Virus record (IMG/VR): IMGVR_UViG_3300029908_000008
Length of the DNA: 38,305 nt
Source of the DNA: an uncultured virus (IMG/VR IMGVR_UViG_3300029908_000008)
Lineage: Duplodnaviria > Heunggongvirae > Uroviricota > Caudoviricetes
Direction: 5' to 3' (one strand)
Every line of letters begins with the position of its first letter. The stretch's first letter is position 1. The notes under the pieces are model-generated. The model was not told the DNA's origin. It did not search any database and saw nothing but the letters and a program-made list of their open reading frames with translations. Positions 7,679-17,554 of the stretch are shown one piece after another. A program made the translations under genes and the position numbers.

Positions 7679-9319
7679 ATGTGGTACAGATTTATAATTT
7701 CATCTAAACAAGATGTGATGACAATTTTAAATAATGACCAACAAAAATTTGATTTAATAAAGAATTTAAAATTAAATCCTAAGTTTGAAACCACAGCGGC
7801 TTGGCTTTTACATCAAACTGATATTTCTCAAGTGCAAGATTTGTGCAGAAAATTGAAAATTTTAGATGATAAAAAACCTATTAATATAAATACTAATAAA
7901 AATGGCGTTCATTACAATGGCCATCATTTTACAGATTATATGAAATTTGCTGAAGCAGTGGATGCGTCTTACACTTTAATTTCATATCGTCCAAAATATA
8001 CTGTCGAGCCAGAAGAAAATGAAGTAGGAAAAATAAAAATATTTAAAGCGGATAATGTCGGCGACACTATAAAATATGGGCAAGGAACTCCATGGTGTAT
8101 TGCTCAACCAGGTAACACTTATTATCAATCATATAGGGATCTTGATGCTAGTACTTTTTATTTTATTTTTGATGGCACGAGAGATAAAAATGATCCATTA
8201 TCTAGAGTAGTGCTAGATATGAATAAGCACGGATGTGAACTAACAGATCTTAATAATACTACAGGAACAATAGAAGAATTTGGAAAAAATTCAAATGAAT
8301 ATCTTAAATACTTGCAGGACAAAGGTGTTGATATCAACCAATTTAAAAATATCCCAAAATCTGAAAAAGAAATTGAAGAAAATAGAGATTTAGGTAAAAG
8401 AATATTGTCATTACAATTTTTTCAGAGACTTTCATATGATTATAAAACAAAATATATTGGTCGCGGCCACATACTTACCAATGAACAATTGGAATATTTA
8501 ATACATAATAATGCCAAAGATTTAATATCACAATATCTTGATACAGGGATTAGCATTCCTCCAAGCCAAATAAAAATGATATCCAATAAAGAGGCCTTTC
8601 TCAACACATATAAAAGAAAACAAAAAATATCATTAGAACAGATTATAAATTTTTACAATAACTCTATTCCTGATTTAGGGCAGGTCGCGGCAGAAACTAA
8701 AAATTATGAATTAATGGATTATGTAATTAAAAAAAACTTTGACCCAGATCACCTCGTGAAAACGGTTTATGATGAATATGAAAGAGAAGGCTATAATACG
8801 AATATTGCATACATTGAGTTACAAGAAACATTGTGGTGGTTATTAGGCAAAGGTGCTTCACCTTATGAATTAGTAGGCCGATTACCTACTGATATAAAAA
8901 CATTAAAAACACTTGTAAATAAGGCTGAACGCGGAGAAAAAATAAGCACCGCTGGAAAAGCGATCCTATATTGTGGCAACAATCTAGACGATATCAAATG
9001 GATGGTAGAAAATGGTGCAGATGCTAAATCTGGAATTCGTAGATATTTAAGTAGGGGTATTATTACTAATGATTTTGAAATTATTAAATGGTTTGTGGAT
9101 CATGGCCTAGACCCATCCACAGCCGCTTTTTATACAACAAACCCAGAAATATGGAGATGGTTGATAGAAAAACATAATGCCGATCCAGATTATGTAGGTG
9201 CTAGTATAATGTTTGGAGGAGGAAAACATGCAGAGTTATTTCCATGGTTAATACAATTGGGCTCCACAAACGATGGAGTAGCGAATGCTTATAAAATTAG
9301 AATTCATCATATAATTTGA
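7679..9319 (+). CDS. hypothetical protein with a GTPWC-motif domain and C-terminal ankyrin-like repeats
   Basis: 546 aa; GTPWCIA...YYQSY...FYFI; repeats WLLGKGA, KWMVENGAD, KWFVDHGLD, RWLIEKHNAD, PWLIQLG. Confidence 0.75.
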   Translation: MWYRFIISSKQDVMTILNNDQQKFDLIKNLKLNPKFETTAAWLLHQTDISQVQDLCRKLKILDDKKPININTNKNGVHYNGHHFTDYMKFAEAVDASYTLISYRPKYTVEPEENEVGKIKIFKADNVGDTIKYGQGTPWCIAQPGNTYYQSYRDLDASTFYFIFDGTRDKNDPLSRVVLDMNKHGCELTDLNNTTGTIEEFGKNSNEYLKYLQDKGVDINQFKNIPKSEKEIEENRDLGKRILSLQFFQRLSYDYKTKYIGRGHILTNEQLEYLIHNNAKDLISQYLDTGISIPPSQIKMISNKEAFLNTYKRKQKISLEQIINFYNNSIPDLGQVAAETKNYELMDYVIKKNFDPDHLVKTVYDEYEREGYNTNIAYIELQETLWWLLGKGASPYELVGRLPTDIKTLKTLVNKAERGEKISTAGKAILYCGNNLDDIKWMVENGADAKSGIRRYLSRGIITNDFEIIKWFVDHGLDPSTAAFYTTNPEIWRWLIEKHNADPDYVGASIMFGGGKHAELFPWLIQLGSTNDGVANAYKIRIHHII

Positions 9320-9564
9320 TTGTTTCAGCGATTTTCACAATATCTTCCCGCGCATTTTTTCTACCTTTATCAGATATAGTATGCCACACTATATCTAGCC
9401 AATAATATTTAGAATTTCTTGGAAAATCAGTGGGATACGGCTTATTATTGAAACTATTAAATTGTAAATATTCATTAAATTCCGCGCATTTAAATTATAC
9501 ATAGTAATTAATACGCTATTATTTTTTAAATTATTTCAAATAGTTTTATTGTTTTATTTTTAAA

Positions 9565-9597
9565 TAAAAAAATATCCCGGAAAATTTCCGGGATATT
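9565..9597 (-). terminator. intrinsic terminator after the major capsid gene
   Basis: Perfect inverted repeat AATATCCCGGAA-3 nt-TTCCGGGATATT followed by a T-run on the minus strand. Confidence 0.85.
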
Positions 9598-9646
9598 GAA
9601 CCTGATTTAACTGTTTAAAGATAAACCAACCTCTTCATAAACCACC

Positions 9647-10501
9647 TCAACTGACTATGCAACGAGATAAACTATAATCATTTATTACAGCGAAGCCCAC
9701 TTCCTCGTATACAACCCATCCCAATCGAAGTCGTTTGGGATCATCGGCTGGAAGAACTGTGATATCCTGTCGAACAGGGATCGCTCCAACGAATTGCGCA
9801 GGTGCGCTTACATAGACAGCATTCTTAGGTACCATGGTACTTACATGAATGTCTGCTGAATATAAATGGCCATACAAACCGGTCATGAGAATATCGCGTT
9901 GAGTTGCCTCATCGTAAAATTCCTTACCCCAAGTTCGGATATCTTTATATCGTTGTGGGTGAACAATAATTTTAGCCCCGATTAATTCATGCTCTTCAAT
10001 GAGCGTCAGGCAGAGATTTATGTTTTCTGGTTGAAGAGTACCGCTCACTGACACTGATTGAACAGGAGGAACAGCGGCGTTAACCACCTTAAATACCTGT
10101 ACATCTTCTTGTCGTTGAATAGTATCTTTAGCACGTACTTGTGCGCGATCTACGATATAAAACCGTCTTTGGCGCACCTCATTTAGACGAATGCTAGGAT
10201 TAGCGGCGATTTCAATAGTAGGAACGAGTAGTTCTTCTGCTTCAACTTCTGACGTAGGTACTGAACCTCGTTTTGGAATGATATATGACTTTACAGCCAC
10301 ATCTCGTTCGTATCGTGCAAGTGTACCCTGAGGAAGTTCGTCCACCATAAGAATTTTACGACCAATCGCTTGGTACATTAAACTGGTTTTGATAGGCTCG
10401 ACCATTGCTTGCGCAAGGGCTGTTCGTCCTTCAGGAGTTTCAAGAGCCTGTGCGATAACAGTTTCTCTTTGTTCATTAATATTTCGTTTGATCATTGACA
10501 T
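9647..10501 (-). CDS. major capsid protein (compact HK97 fold)
   Basis: Last gene of the portal-protease-scaffold cluster; strong SD AAGGAGG; terminator downstream; higher GC; HK97-like C-terminal pattern (RLGWVVYEEVGFAVIN). Confidence 0.85.
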   Translation of the reverse strand: MSMIKRNINEQRETVIAQALETPEGRTALAQAMVEPIKTSLMYQAIGRKILMVDELPQGTLARYERDVAVKSYIIPKRGSVPTSEVEAEELLVPTIEIAANPSIRLNEVRQRRFYIVDRAQVRAKDTIQRQEDVQVFKVVNAAVPPVQSVSVSGTLQPENINLCLTLIEEHELIGAKIIVHPQRYKDIRTWGKEFYDEATQRDILMTGLYGHLYSADIHVSTMVPKNAVYVSAPAQFVGAIPVRQDITVLPADDPKRLRLGWVVYEEVGFAVINDYSLSRCIVS

Positions 10502-10519
10502 TTTAATATATTCCTCCTT

Positions 10520-11140
10520 TTAAGCGATGATTGTGTAGTAGAGCAAACCAGCGGTTGCATCAAAATAGTCAACACGTGCCGGTATTAAAGAACTGGCATT
10601 GTTGGTAGTAAGTAGTGGTGAACCTGATAACAGGTAGAGAGCCGCTCCGTTTGTATAAGTTGATGTTGCAACAGTGGTATCATAACGATCTGTTACGATT
10701 TGGCTACCGTGTGCGCGAACGACACCAACGCCACGAACTGGACTTGCGTTACCAGTTGAAGATACGTCAGTAAGGTTAGTTACAACAGCAACTGATTCGT
10801 CTTGGAAGTCACCAATTCTTCGTGTTGCGCCGACATAGAAGCCGTTTGCATATGAAGTAAAGAGTGAGCCGTTAGCAGAAACAATTGTTGAACCAACAGG
10901 GTCGTTCTGGATAATAGTATTTCCAGTAATATTATGGTCTGATGTACTAAAGCCAGCAAGAGTGCCAAGAGATAGTGCAGGAGCAGTGTCTGGACCGCCA
11001 ATTTGTTGTACTGGTTGTAGACCAGTCGCCCCAGAAGGAGATGAGATATCGAATGTTAGCGCATCGCCCTGGTAAAATTTAGCATTTGGTGAAACGTCGT
11101 AGTTGGCTACGATTGAGTTTTGTAAAAGTCTAAGTGCCAT
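10520..11140 (-). CDS. probable head decoration/cement protein
   Basis: Gly/Thr/Ser-rich beta protein directly upstream of the capsid gene; strong SD AGGAGG. Confidence 0.6.
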   Translation of the reverse strand: MALRLLQNSIVANYDVSPNAKFYQGDALTFDISSPSGATGLQPVQQIGGPDTAPALSLGTLAGFSTSDHNITGNTIIQNDPVGSTIVSANGSLFTSYANGFYVGATRRIGDFQDESVAVVTNLTDVSSTGNASPVRGVGVVRAHGSQIVTDRYDTTVATSTYTNGAALYLLSGSPLLTTNNASSLIPARVDYFDATAGLLYYTIIA

Positions 11141-11163
11141 TTTAAATTTAATCCTCCTATGAA

Positions 11164-13275
11164 TTATTTATTAAGATCAGGATCTTGTCCCTTGCGGGTA
11201 AAGAGTCCACTGAGTGCATCCGTAAGATCCATCACGGCTGGTGTTGTTTGCTTTGTATTGCTATAAAAAGCAGGGGTAGTAGAAACTGTGTTTCTTGATG
11301 TCAAATTATTTGAGTTAGCCGATGCTTTGCGTACTGCGTTAAATTTGGCTTGTGCCATTTTCAACATAACGTCTCCTTGACTAATCATTGCCTTTACAGA
11401 CAATCCTTCTTCAAGCCAATTGTCAACATGTTCATTAATCTCTTGAGGACTAATTTCACCATGTAGGGCAAGTTGTGTCCAAACGTTAAACGCTGTTTTA
11501 AGTCTCATTTCTCTTAACTGAGCGGCCTTCACCATCTCAGAATTTTTCTTGTTTCTTGAAGCAAGAACATTGGTATCTACATCAGAATCTGAAGGATCGC
11601 CATTTAAAAGGTTATCAATTTCTTCATCTGTAATTCCAGTGTCATCCATAGAATCTGGGTTCATATCTGAGTCCATATCTGAATCTGAGTCCATATCATC
11701 TAATCCCGCGCTAACATCCAATTTAATTGGGATTGTTTTTGGCGAACCAGATGTTTGTGCGCTGATAATTTTATGTGCTAAATTAATGCCTTCGGCATAT
11801 GTTAATTTATTAATATCTGTATCGCTCACTTTGGCTGTTTTCAAAATATAGTACAGTACTTCCTCAGCATTGTCTAGATTAAATCGTGGTCCTAAAACTG
11901 ATGCGACGGTCTCCTTTGGAAAACCTTTATCGTCTTCATCATCATTTTCTTTTCCACTCATATCTGGTGCCTTGTCTTCTGAATCCATATCAGGATCTTC
12001 GTCCATATCAGGATCTTCATCCATGTCAGGATCTTCATCATCATTATCTGAATCCTTATCGAAAGAATGAGTATCAGGAGTGGGTTTGGCCCAATTCTTC
12101 AACTTGGAAATAAATTCCATTTTATCTTCTTTAGATAATTGAGCAAAATCATCAAAAACTTGATCTGCCGATTCTTCATCTGATTCATCAGATTTATCGC
12201 TGAAACTAAAGTCTTCATCACCATGATCTCCAAGTCCATAATCCTCACCTTCGTAATCTCCATCTTGACTATCGTCAGATGCGAGAACTAAAGTGCGTCG
12301 TGGAATGGATGGTAACTCAGTTGGAACGTCAAATTCTGTATCTTCGCTCCAAAGTCCGCCTTCAGTAGGTATGTCCTTAAGCCCATCAAAAAATTCACTA
12401 TCTAAAGTGTATTGATATCCACCTGACGGTGTACTATCAAATTTGAAGAGTTCTAAGTTCTCTTGATTTCGAAACATTTCTTTTTTATTAAGAGAAGGAA
12501 TCTTGCTTTTTGCTTCGATATCGAGCCACGCTGTAGTGTCTTTTTTAAGTCCGTTTTTTTCATCATGGTCAAGTTTGGTTTTACTCCATTCTCGTTCTTG
12601 ATTAGGCTGACCCTTTGAATTGTATTCAAAAGGAACCTTGGAATTATTTAAAGTCATTTCAGTTTCGCTAACGATATTCTCACGCTCGGCTTTCCTTTGC
12701 ATAAGTTCTTTTTTAGTCATAATATTTTCACCTCGGTCAGTATTAATGCTTGCTTTATTGGTACGTTTTTTATTCGTTGGAAAATCTTCATCTTCATCTT
12801 CGTTATTTGCTTCTATCGCTTTTTCTGATTTATCATCATTAAAGTCGTGATCTGTATTGACATACTCGGTGAAGGAAGAGTCCTTAAGAGCCTCTTCCAT
12901 GGCCTGTTGAATCTCATCTAATTTTGATTCAGGAACCATCAGTTCTATTTTGGCAATAGAATCTTCATCTCTGTCAACCGTATCTTTATGTTCTTTTTCA
13001 TCTATTGAGGTTTCATCCTCCTGATCGTTACTATCATCCTTTGTTGGAGAAAGGTCGGAAAAATCTTTATTTAATAGGGATAAAATATCCTGCACATCCA
13101 AGTCAAATTCTGCCTCAGCGACTTTCGGTAAATATTTTTGTCGCAAAGCCAACGCTATTTTTTTAGCGGTTTGAAAATCTGTCTTAGAATTCTTCATAAT
13201 ATCTGAAATGGCTAATTTCAAATCTTTTGTGTCATCCTCACTTAATTTTGCTATTCTAATTAATTTATCTTGCAT
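11164..13275 (-). CDS. acidic scaffold-like / head core protein
   Basis: 703 aa, very Asp/Glu-rich, lies between protease and capsid genes; SD AAGGAG. Confidence 0.6.
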   Translation of the reverse strand: MQDKLIRIAKLSEDDTKDLKLAISDIMKNSKTDFQTAKKIALALRQKYLPKVAEAEFDLDVQDILSLLNKDFSDLSPTKDDSNDQEDETSIDEKEHKDTVDRDEDSIAKIELMVPESKLDEIQQAMEEALKDSSFTEYVNTDHDFNDDKSEKAIEANNEDEDEDFPTNKKRTNKASINTDRGENIMTKKELMQRKAERENIVSETEMTLNNSKVPFEYNSKGQPNQEREWSKTKLDHDEKNGLKKDTTAWLDIEAKSKIPSLNKKEMFRNQENLELFKFDSTPSGGYQYTLDSEFFDGLKDIPTEGGLWSEDTEFDVPTELPSIPRRTLVLASDDSQDGDYEGEDYGLGDHGDEDFSFSDKSDESDEESADQVFDDFAQLSKEDKMEFISKLKNWAKPTPDTHSFDKDSDNDDEDPDMDEDPDMDEDPDMDSEDKAPDMSGKENDDEDDKGFPKETVASVLGPRFNLDNAEEVLYYILKTAKVSDTDINKLTYAEGINLAHKIISAQTSGSPKTIPIKLDVSAGLDDMDSDSDMDSDMNPDSMDDTGITDEEIDNLLNGDPSDSDVDTNVLASRNKKNSEMVKAAQLREMRLKTAFNVWTQLALHGEISPQEINEHVDNWLEEGLSVKAMISQGDVMLKMAQAKFNAVRKASANSNNLTSRNTVSTTPAFYSNTKQTTPAVMDLTDALSGLFTRKGQDPDLNK
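11984..12039. repeat. 18-bp coding tandem repeat x3 (DEDPDM)
   Basis: tccatatcaggatcttc unit (one variant) at 11984, 12002 and 12020. Confidence 0.85.
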
Positions 13276-13354
13276 TCTTATTTCATGCTCCTTTTATTGT
13301 ATTAAAGATGATTTTTTCGCATACCTTTTTTTTGAAAAAAAATTACAAGAAAAA

Positions 13355-13402
13355 TAAAAAAATCCCAGTAAAATTAAATTTACTAGGATTTTACTGAGAT
13401 TT
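13355..13402 (-). terminator. probable intrinsic terminator between protease and scaffold genes
   Basis: Minus strand AATCCTAGTAAA...TTTACTGGGATT hairpin followed by a T-run. Confidence 0.6.
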
Positions 13403-13412
13403 TGAGTTGTTT

Positions 13413-16400
13413 TTAAATAATCCAGGTGATTTGAGTATCAAGGAGTCTTGAATCGTAAGGATTGTTTTGAATATTTGTTACGAACATGGTATTGCATGCA
13501 TTGCATTGACTTTGTTGCCCTGATTTGTTTACATCTCTGCTTGTGCAGACTGGACATACCATTCCCGCAGGATATATTTTAACTCCGGCTGTTTTAATAT
13601 TTGAATTGCCGATAAACACATCTGGATCTGTGGTGTAAGAAATTCTAAACATCGCATGATCAGCAGTTGCAGTTACAGGGCTACCTGATTCAGTTCCTTG
13701 CTGTGGCAATCCACCACCTGGTGCCGAAGGGAGAGGCGGTAATCCTGGTGCGGTTGAATCACCAAGACCGGCATCAGAAATCCCACTCGGAGCGTCTGCA
13801 CTGCCCATTGAATCTGATCCTGAATCAAACCCTTTAGGGTCAAGATTCCCTTTATATTTTTCGCCTTTATCCGGAGGAGCAACTTTAACAGACATTTCAA
13901 ATGTAAGTTGTGCGCCACAACTATTACATTTGCCTTGTCCACCAGCAGTATCTAAGTCTACTGATTGACACTGAGGGCAAACAGTACCCCAAGGCTTTTT
14001 GACACCTGGCGAGAATGACCCATCATCTTTGTTAGGAGAATCTTCTCCGCCCATACTTGGATCATCACCTAGTCCTGCCGGAGGACTTGTTGGCGAAGGG
14101 GCCTCTGCTGGTGATAATGAAGGGTCACTTTCTGGCCCTGCTGGACCCGCGCCTGCGGTTCCGGGCGCTCCCGGTGTAAGCCCTGCTGGTGCTGGTGGCG
14201 CGGTTGGAGCGCCTCCAGGAACAATACCTGGCGATAATTGAGCAAATTTTTCCATTAATTTTGCACGTTTAGCCGCTCTAGGATTATTTGTATCAGATGG
14301 TTGGACAGTTACCATTTGTGACATATCTGACAAATCAGGATTTTGATCAGCCACGCTTGTGTCAGGTGCAGAATCTGCTGTATACATTTTAGAAACTCGA
14401 CTTTCCACCTTCGCCATAATTTTACCATCAGGCAAATAATCTACTGATGTGAGGGAGAAATCTTTTCCTAAATCCATACCCTTGCTCTGCAAGACTGATG
14501 CAATTTTAGTTTTAAGAACCTCATCAATATTTGGATCATTTACATCCACACCAAGATCGTTCGCGCTAAGACAGAATTCTTTTACATTATGTTTTTCTTC
14601 TCTTACATTAATAGACGCTGTGCGTTTTTCATTTAATGCCTGTGCCGCCAATTTACGGCTAATATTAGGAGCATCATTAAAACTACAAATTACTCGCGCA
14701 AGATCTTTTGACCTTAAATTATAATCTTTAGAATAATCTGCTAAATGTCCAACTAAAGTACGAAGGATATCTTTTCTAGATGCTTTACGATTAAAGCCGT
14801 AGAAAGCAATTCTTTTCATATTTTTTGCGCGAATTGCAGAAGCCGAACTAGTTTTTGAAAGTTCAATTTGCTTTTGCAATTCATCTTCATCTGCACCTTT
14901 GGTGGCATTTAATACATCATCGGTACCTATTCCCAAATCATCGGCTGTATTAGCAATACTACTTACACCGCTTTTGACATCGGTTTCCGACACATTTGGA
15001 TCTGAATCATCTGCTTTGCTTGCTAGATCTGCACCAACCAAATCACTATCTGATGGAGTTGATTCATCAATTTTAGGTGCAACAACATTATCTTGTGCGA
15101 GTGCGTTAACTGCATTAGTTAGCGCTTTGGTAGCAACACTGAATTCATTCAATGCATTAACTAATCCTTGATGAAGGTCACCTGAAGTTGTGGTGTCATC
15201 TACTTGGTCTGATAATGCGTCTGCTGTAGCCATGGTAGGATCATCACTAGACCCTGGAACATCATTGCCATCTTCTTTCGCAAGTTGAGACTTAGTGATG
15301 AGATCAGGTCCGGCATTAGCAACATTTTTAGCACCATCCATAATTTCATCTGGTGTCATACCGGTGTTGATTGCGGCGGTTGCTAAAGCCATAATGACTT
15401 TTTCAACGTTACTTACAGCGCTTTTATTTTTAAAAATACGTTTTTCTTGGAGAAGATTCTCAATGACATCATCATACTCTCCACGCGGAAGAACAATCTT
15501 ATCTAGCATTTCTTCATAAGTTTTTGTTTGATATCCTTTGCGTGTATTCCAACCCTCCTCACCTAAACGCGATTCAATTGGACCTTTTGTTTCATGTCTT
15601 CGGCTTTCTGTTCGTTCCTGAAGAGTACGGAGGGCGGCATTATCATTCTTGTTATAAAGATGATCTTCAACCAATTGTGTTTCTATAGGTTTGTTAGTAA
15701 CTTTATCTGGTTTGGCATTATCCTCATTAACAAGTTGAGCGATAGAAGGTGTTTCGTAAATAGTAGCGGCAATTTTCATAAGTCTGTTTAATATACGTTC
15801 TCCGGCAATATCTAGATCACCTTTCTCAATAAGTTTGGCTTCATCGGGAGTCACAATAGGATCAAAAGAGGTTTTTCGATTATCAATATACCCACTGGCT
15901 TTACCATCAGACGACAAAACAATCTTAAAATTATCAGATTCTACTTCATAAATATTTTTTTCTTCATTATACTTGTGGGCAAATTTTTTAGCGAAAGACA
16001 TTAAATTATTCCCTCCATCATTTATATTGTTATCGTTGCACGATAAATTGTCCTTTATTTCTAAATTATTAGTATCAAAATTTAATAATTCTAATAAATA
16101 CCCTAATTTAACTAACATATTATCTGCCTTCGCGCCTTTAAGGATATCATTCTCAGATGAAAACGGATTGTTATCATCCATAGAATTTTCAGAAAAGGAT
16201 TGTGTCTGAGTCTGTGTAGGATTTTGACTCTGTGTTTGGCCCGGTGCAATTACTTGTCCTACATTGCTTTCAGTGGGCACTTGTGGATTCGGTGTAGAAG
16301 GTGCGTTTCCTGGTGAATTACCCATTCCATCGTCAATTAAATCTTGCATTGTGGATTGAAGTTCAGCCATGGCTTTAGTAATTTTTCCTACGTGGTTAAG

Positions 16401-17513
16401 GTCTATGTTATCTTTTCTTGAGAAAAGATTCATAACAGCCACTTCTAAGAAGTTTAATGCTAGGTTCATTAAGTCTAATACATTCAGGCCATTGTGGCCA
16501 CTGATACCTAAATATTGCAAAATATTATTTACAGTTGCATTTTGATTAGCATTATCAATTGACAGTAATTGTCCACCCACAAGATTACTCGCTTGTTGGG
16601 CAATTTTAACTATAGTATTTGATGTGCTATTAATTTGTCTTAAACAATTTTCATATGCAATTCTATTTATTGTTTCCGAAGGCAATTGTGTCGCGGCTAA
16701 AGTTAAATTTTGTTGAATACTTGCAATTTTTTCATCCAATTTATCTATATGGGCAAACATTTCATCCGGCTCGATTAATGCTTTAATTTCACATGTATCA
16801 AATGCACCATCACCGACTAAAGACAATTCAATAAATTTAATACCCCTATTAATCTCATAGACTAATTTACCAGAGTCAGGATCTTTTCTTCCTTTAAATT
16901 TCTTCTGATGCATACACCACAGGCTTTCTGTAACTGCTTTATTACCACAAACACTACACTCGCCTTCTGTTACAGAGGCACCCATCGATACGTCTGTGAT
17001 AACACCTTGTCTTACTGCACGTGCAATATCTGGATATGCATCTTCATCAATAAAAAATGTGCAATATACAGCGTTTTCATCTTCGTTCCATTCTGCGTAT
17101 ACAACAACACCTCTAGCCAAATCTACATCATCATTTTTGTGATTAGAAAATATTGGCACACCTTCGAAAGACTTATACGCTGGAATTTTTTCGCCTTTAA
17201 AATCGATTTCTCCAAGCAATTCTTCTTTAGAAAAATAATCGCCGTTAGTGTTAACAACATCAGCATCAATTGCCCTAGCCCTTACCCAAAGTAATTTTGA
17301 TCCCTTGCGTTCTTTCATTGCCTTAACAATGTCAAAATCTTTGTATTTTTCTAATACTTGATCAGGATCTTCATAGAGTGATTGAAGCCCAAGCCTAAAT
17401 GCCTCTCGAATATTTTTAGAGGCAAATCTATAACTATTATTAATATCAATCTTATCTGGATTAAGGATATTACTTATAGAAATTAAGCCGCCGGTTATAC
17501 CTTTTTTAAACAT
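13413..17513 (-). CDS. prohead (capsid maturation) protease-like polyprotein with C-terminal Zn ribbons
   Basis: N-terminal NxNGDYF...PIFSNH...ARG...DVSMG...CSVCG...YE..G..FIELS.V pattern; follows the portal gene; C-terminal CPQC/CNSC and CPVC/CNAC. Confidence 0.75.
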   Translation of the reverse strand: MFKKGITGGLISISNILNPDKIDINNSYRFASKNIREAFRLGLQSLYEDPDQVLEKYKDFDIVKAMKERKGSKLLWVRARAIDADVVNTNGDYFSKEELLGEIDFKGEKIPAYKSFEGVPIFSNHKNDDVDLARGVVVYAEWNEDENAVYCTFFIDEDAYPDIARAVRQGVITDVSMGASVTEGECSVCGNKAVTESLWCMHQKKFKGRKDPDSGKLVYEINRGIKFIELSLVGDGAFDTCEIKALIEPDEMFAHIDKLDEKIASIQQNLTLAATQLPSETINRIAYENCLRQINSTSNTIVKIAQQASNLVGGQLLSIDNANQNATVNNILQYLGISGHNGLNVLDLMNLALNFLEVAVMNLFSRKDNIDLNHVGKITKAMAELQSTMQDLIDDGMGNSPGNAPSTPNPQVPTESNVGQVIAPGQTQSQNPTQTQTQSFSENSMDDNNPFSSENDILKGAKADNMLVKLGYLLELLNFDTNNLEIKDNLSCNDNNINDGGNNLMSFAKKFAHKYNEEKNIYEVESDNFKIVLSSDGKASGYIDNRKTSFDPIVTPDEAKLIEKGDLDIAGERILNRLMKIAATIYETPSIAQLVNEDNAKPDKVTNKPIETQLVEDHLYNKNDNAALRTLQERTESRRHETKGPIESRLGEEGWNTRKGYQTKTYEEMLDKIVLPRGEYDDVIENLLQEKRIFKNKSAVSNVEKVIMALATAAINTGMTPDEIMDGAKNVANAGPDLITKSQLAKEDGNDVPGSSDDPTMATADALSDQVDDTTTSGDLHQGLVNALNEFSVATKALTNAVNALAQDNVVAPKIDESTPSDSDLVGADLASKADDSDPNVSETDVKSGVSSIANTADDLGIGTDDVLNATKGADEDELQKQIELSKTSSASAIRAKNMKRIAFYGFNRKASRKDILRTLVGHLADYSKDYNLRSKDLARVICSFNDAPNISRKLAAQALNEKRTASINVREEKHNVKEFCLSANDLGVDVNDPNIDEVLKTKIASVLQSKGMDLGKDFSLTSVDYLPDGKIMAKVESRVSKMYTADSAPDTSVADQNPDLSDMSQMVTVQPSDTNNPRAAKRAKLMEKFAQLSPGIVPGGAPTAPPAPAGLTPGAPGTAGAGPAGPESDPSLSPAEAPSPTSPPAGLGDDPSMGGEDSPNKDDGSFSPGVKKPWGTVCPQCQSVDLDTAGGQGKCNSCGAQLTFEMSVKVAPPDKGEKYKGNLDPKGFDSGSDSMGSADAPSGISDAGLGDSTAPGLPPLPSAPGGGLPQQGTESGSPVTATADHAMFRISYTTDPDVFIGNSNIKTAGVKIYPAGMVCPVCTSRDVNKSGQQSQCNACNTMFVTNIQNNPYDSRLLDTQITWII

Positions 17514-17554
17514 TCTATATTATAATTAATACTAAACAGAATCTAATCCTCTAT

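Noticed and set aside
9647..10501. Cellular encapsulin operon
   Set aside because: The terminase, portal and protease context identifies it as a phage capsid gene.
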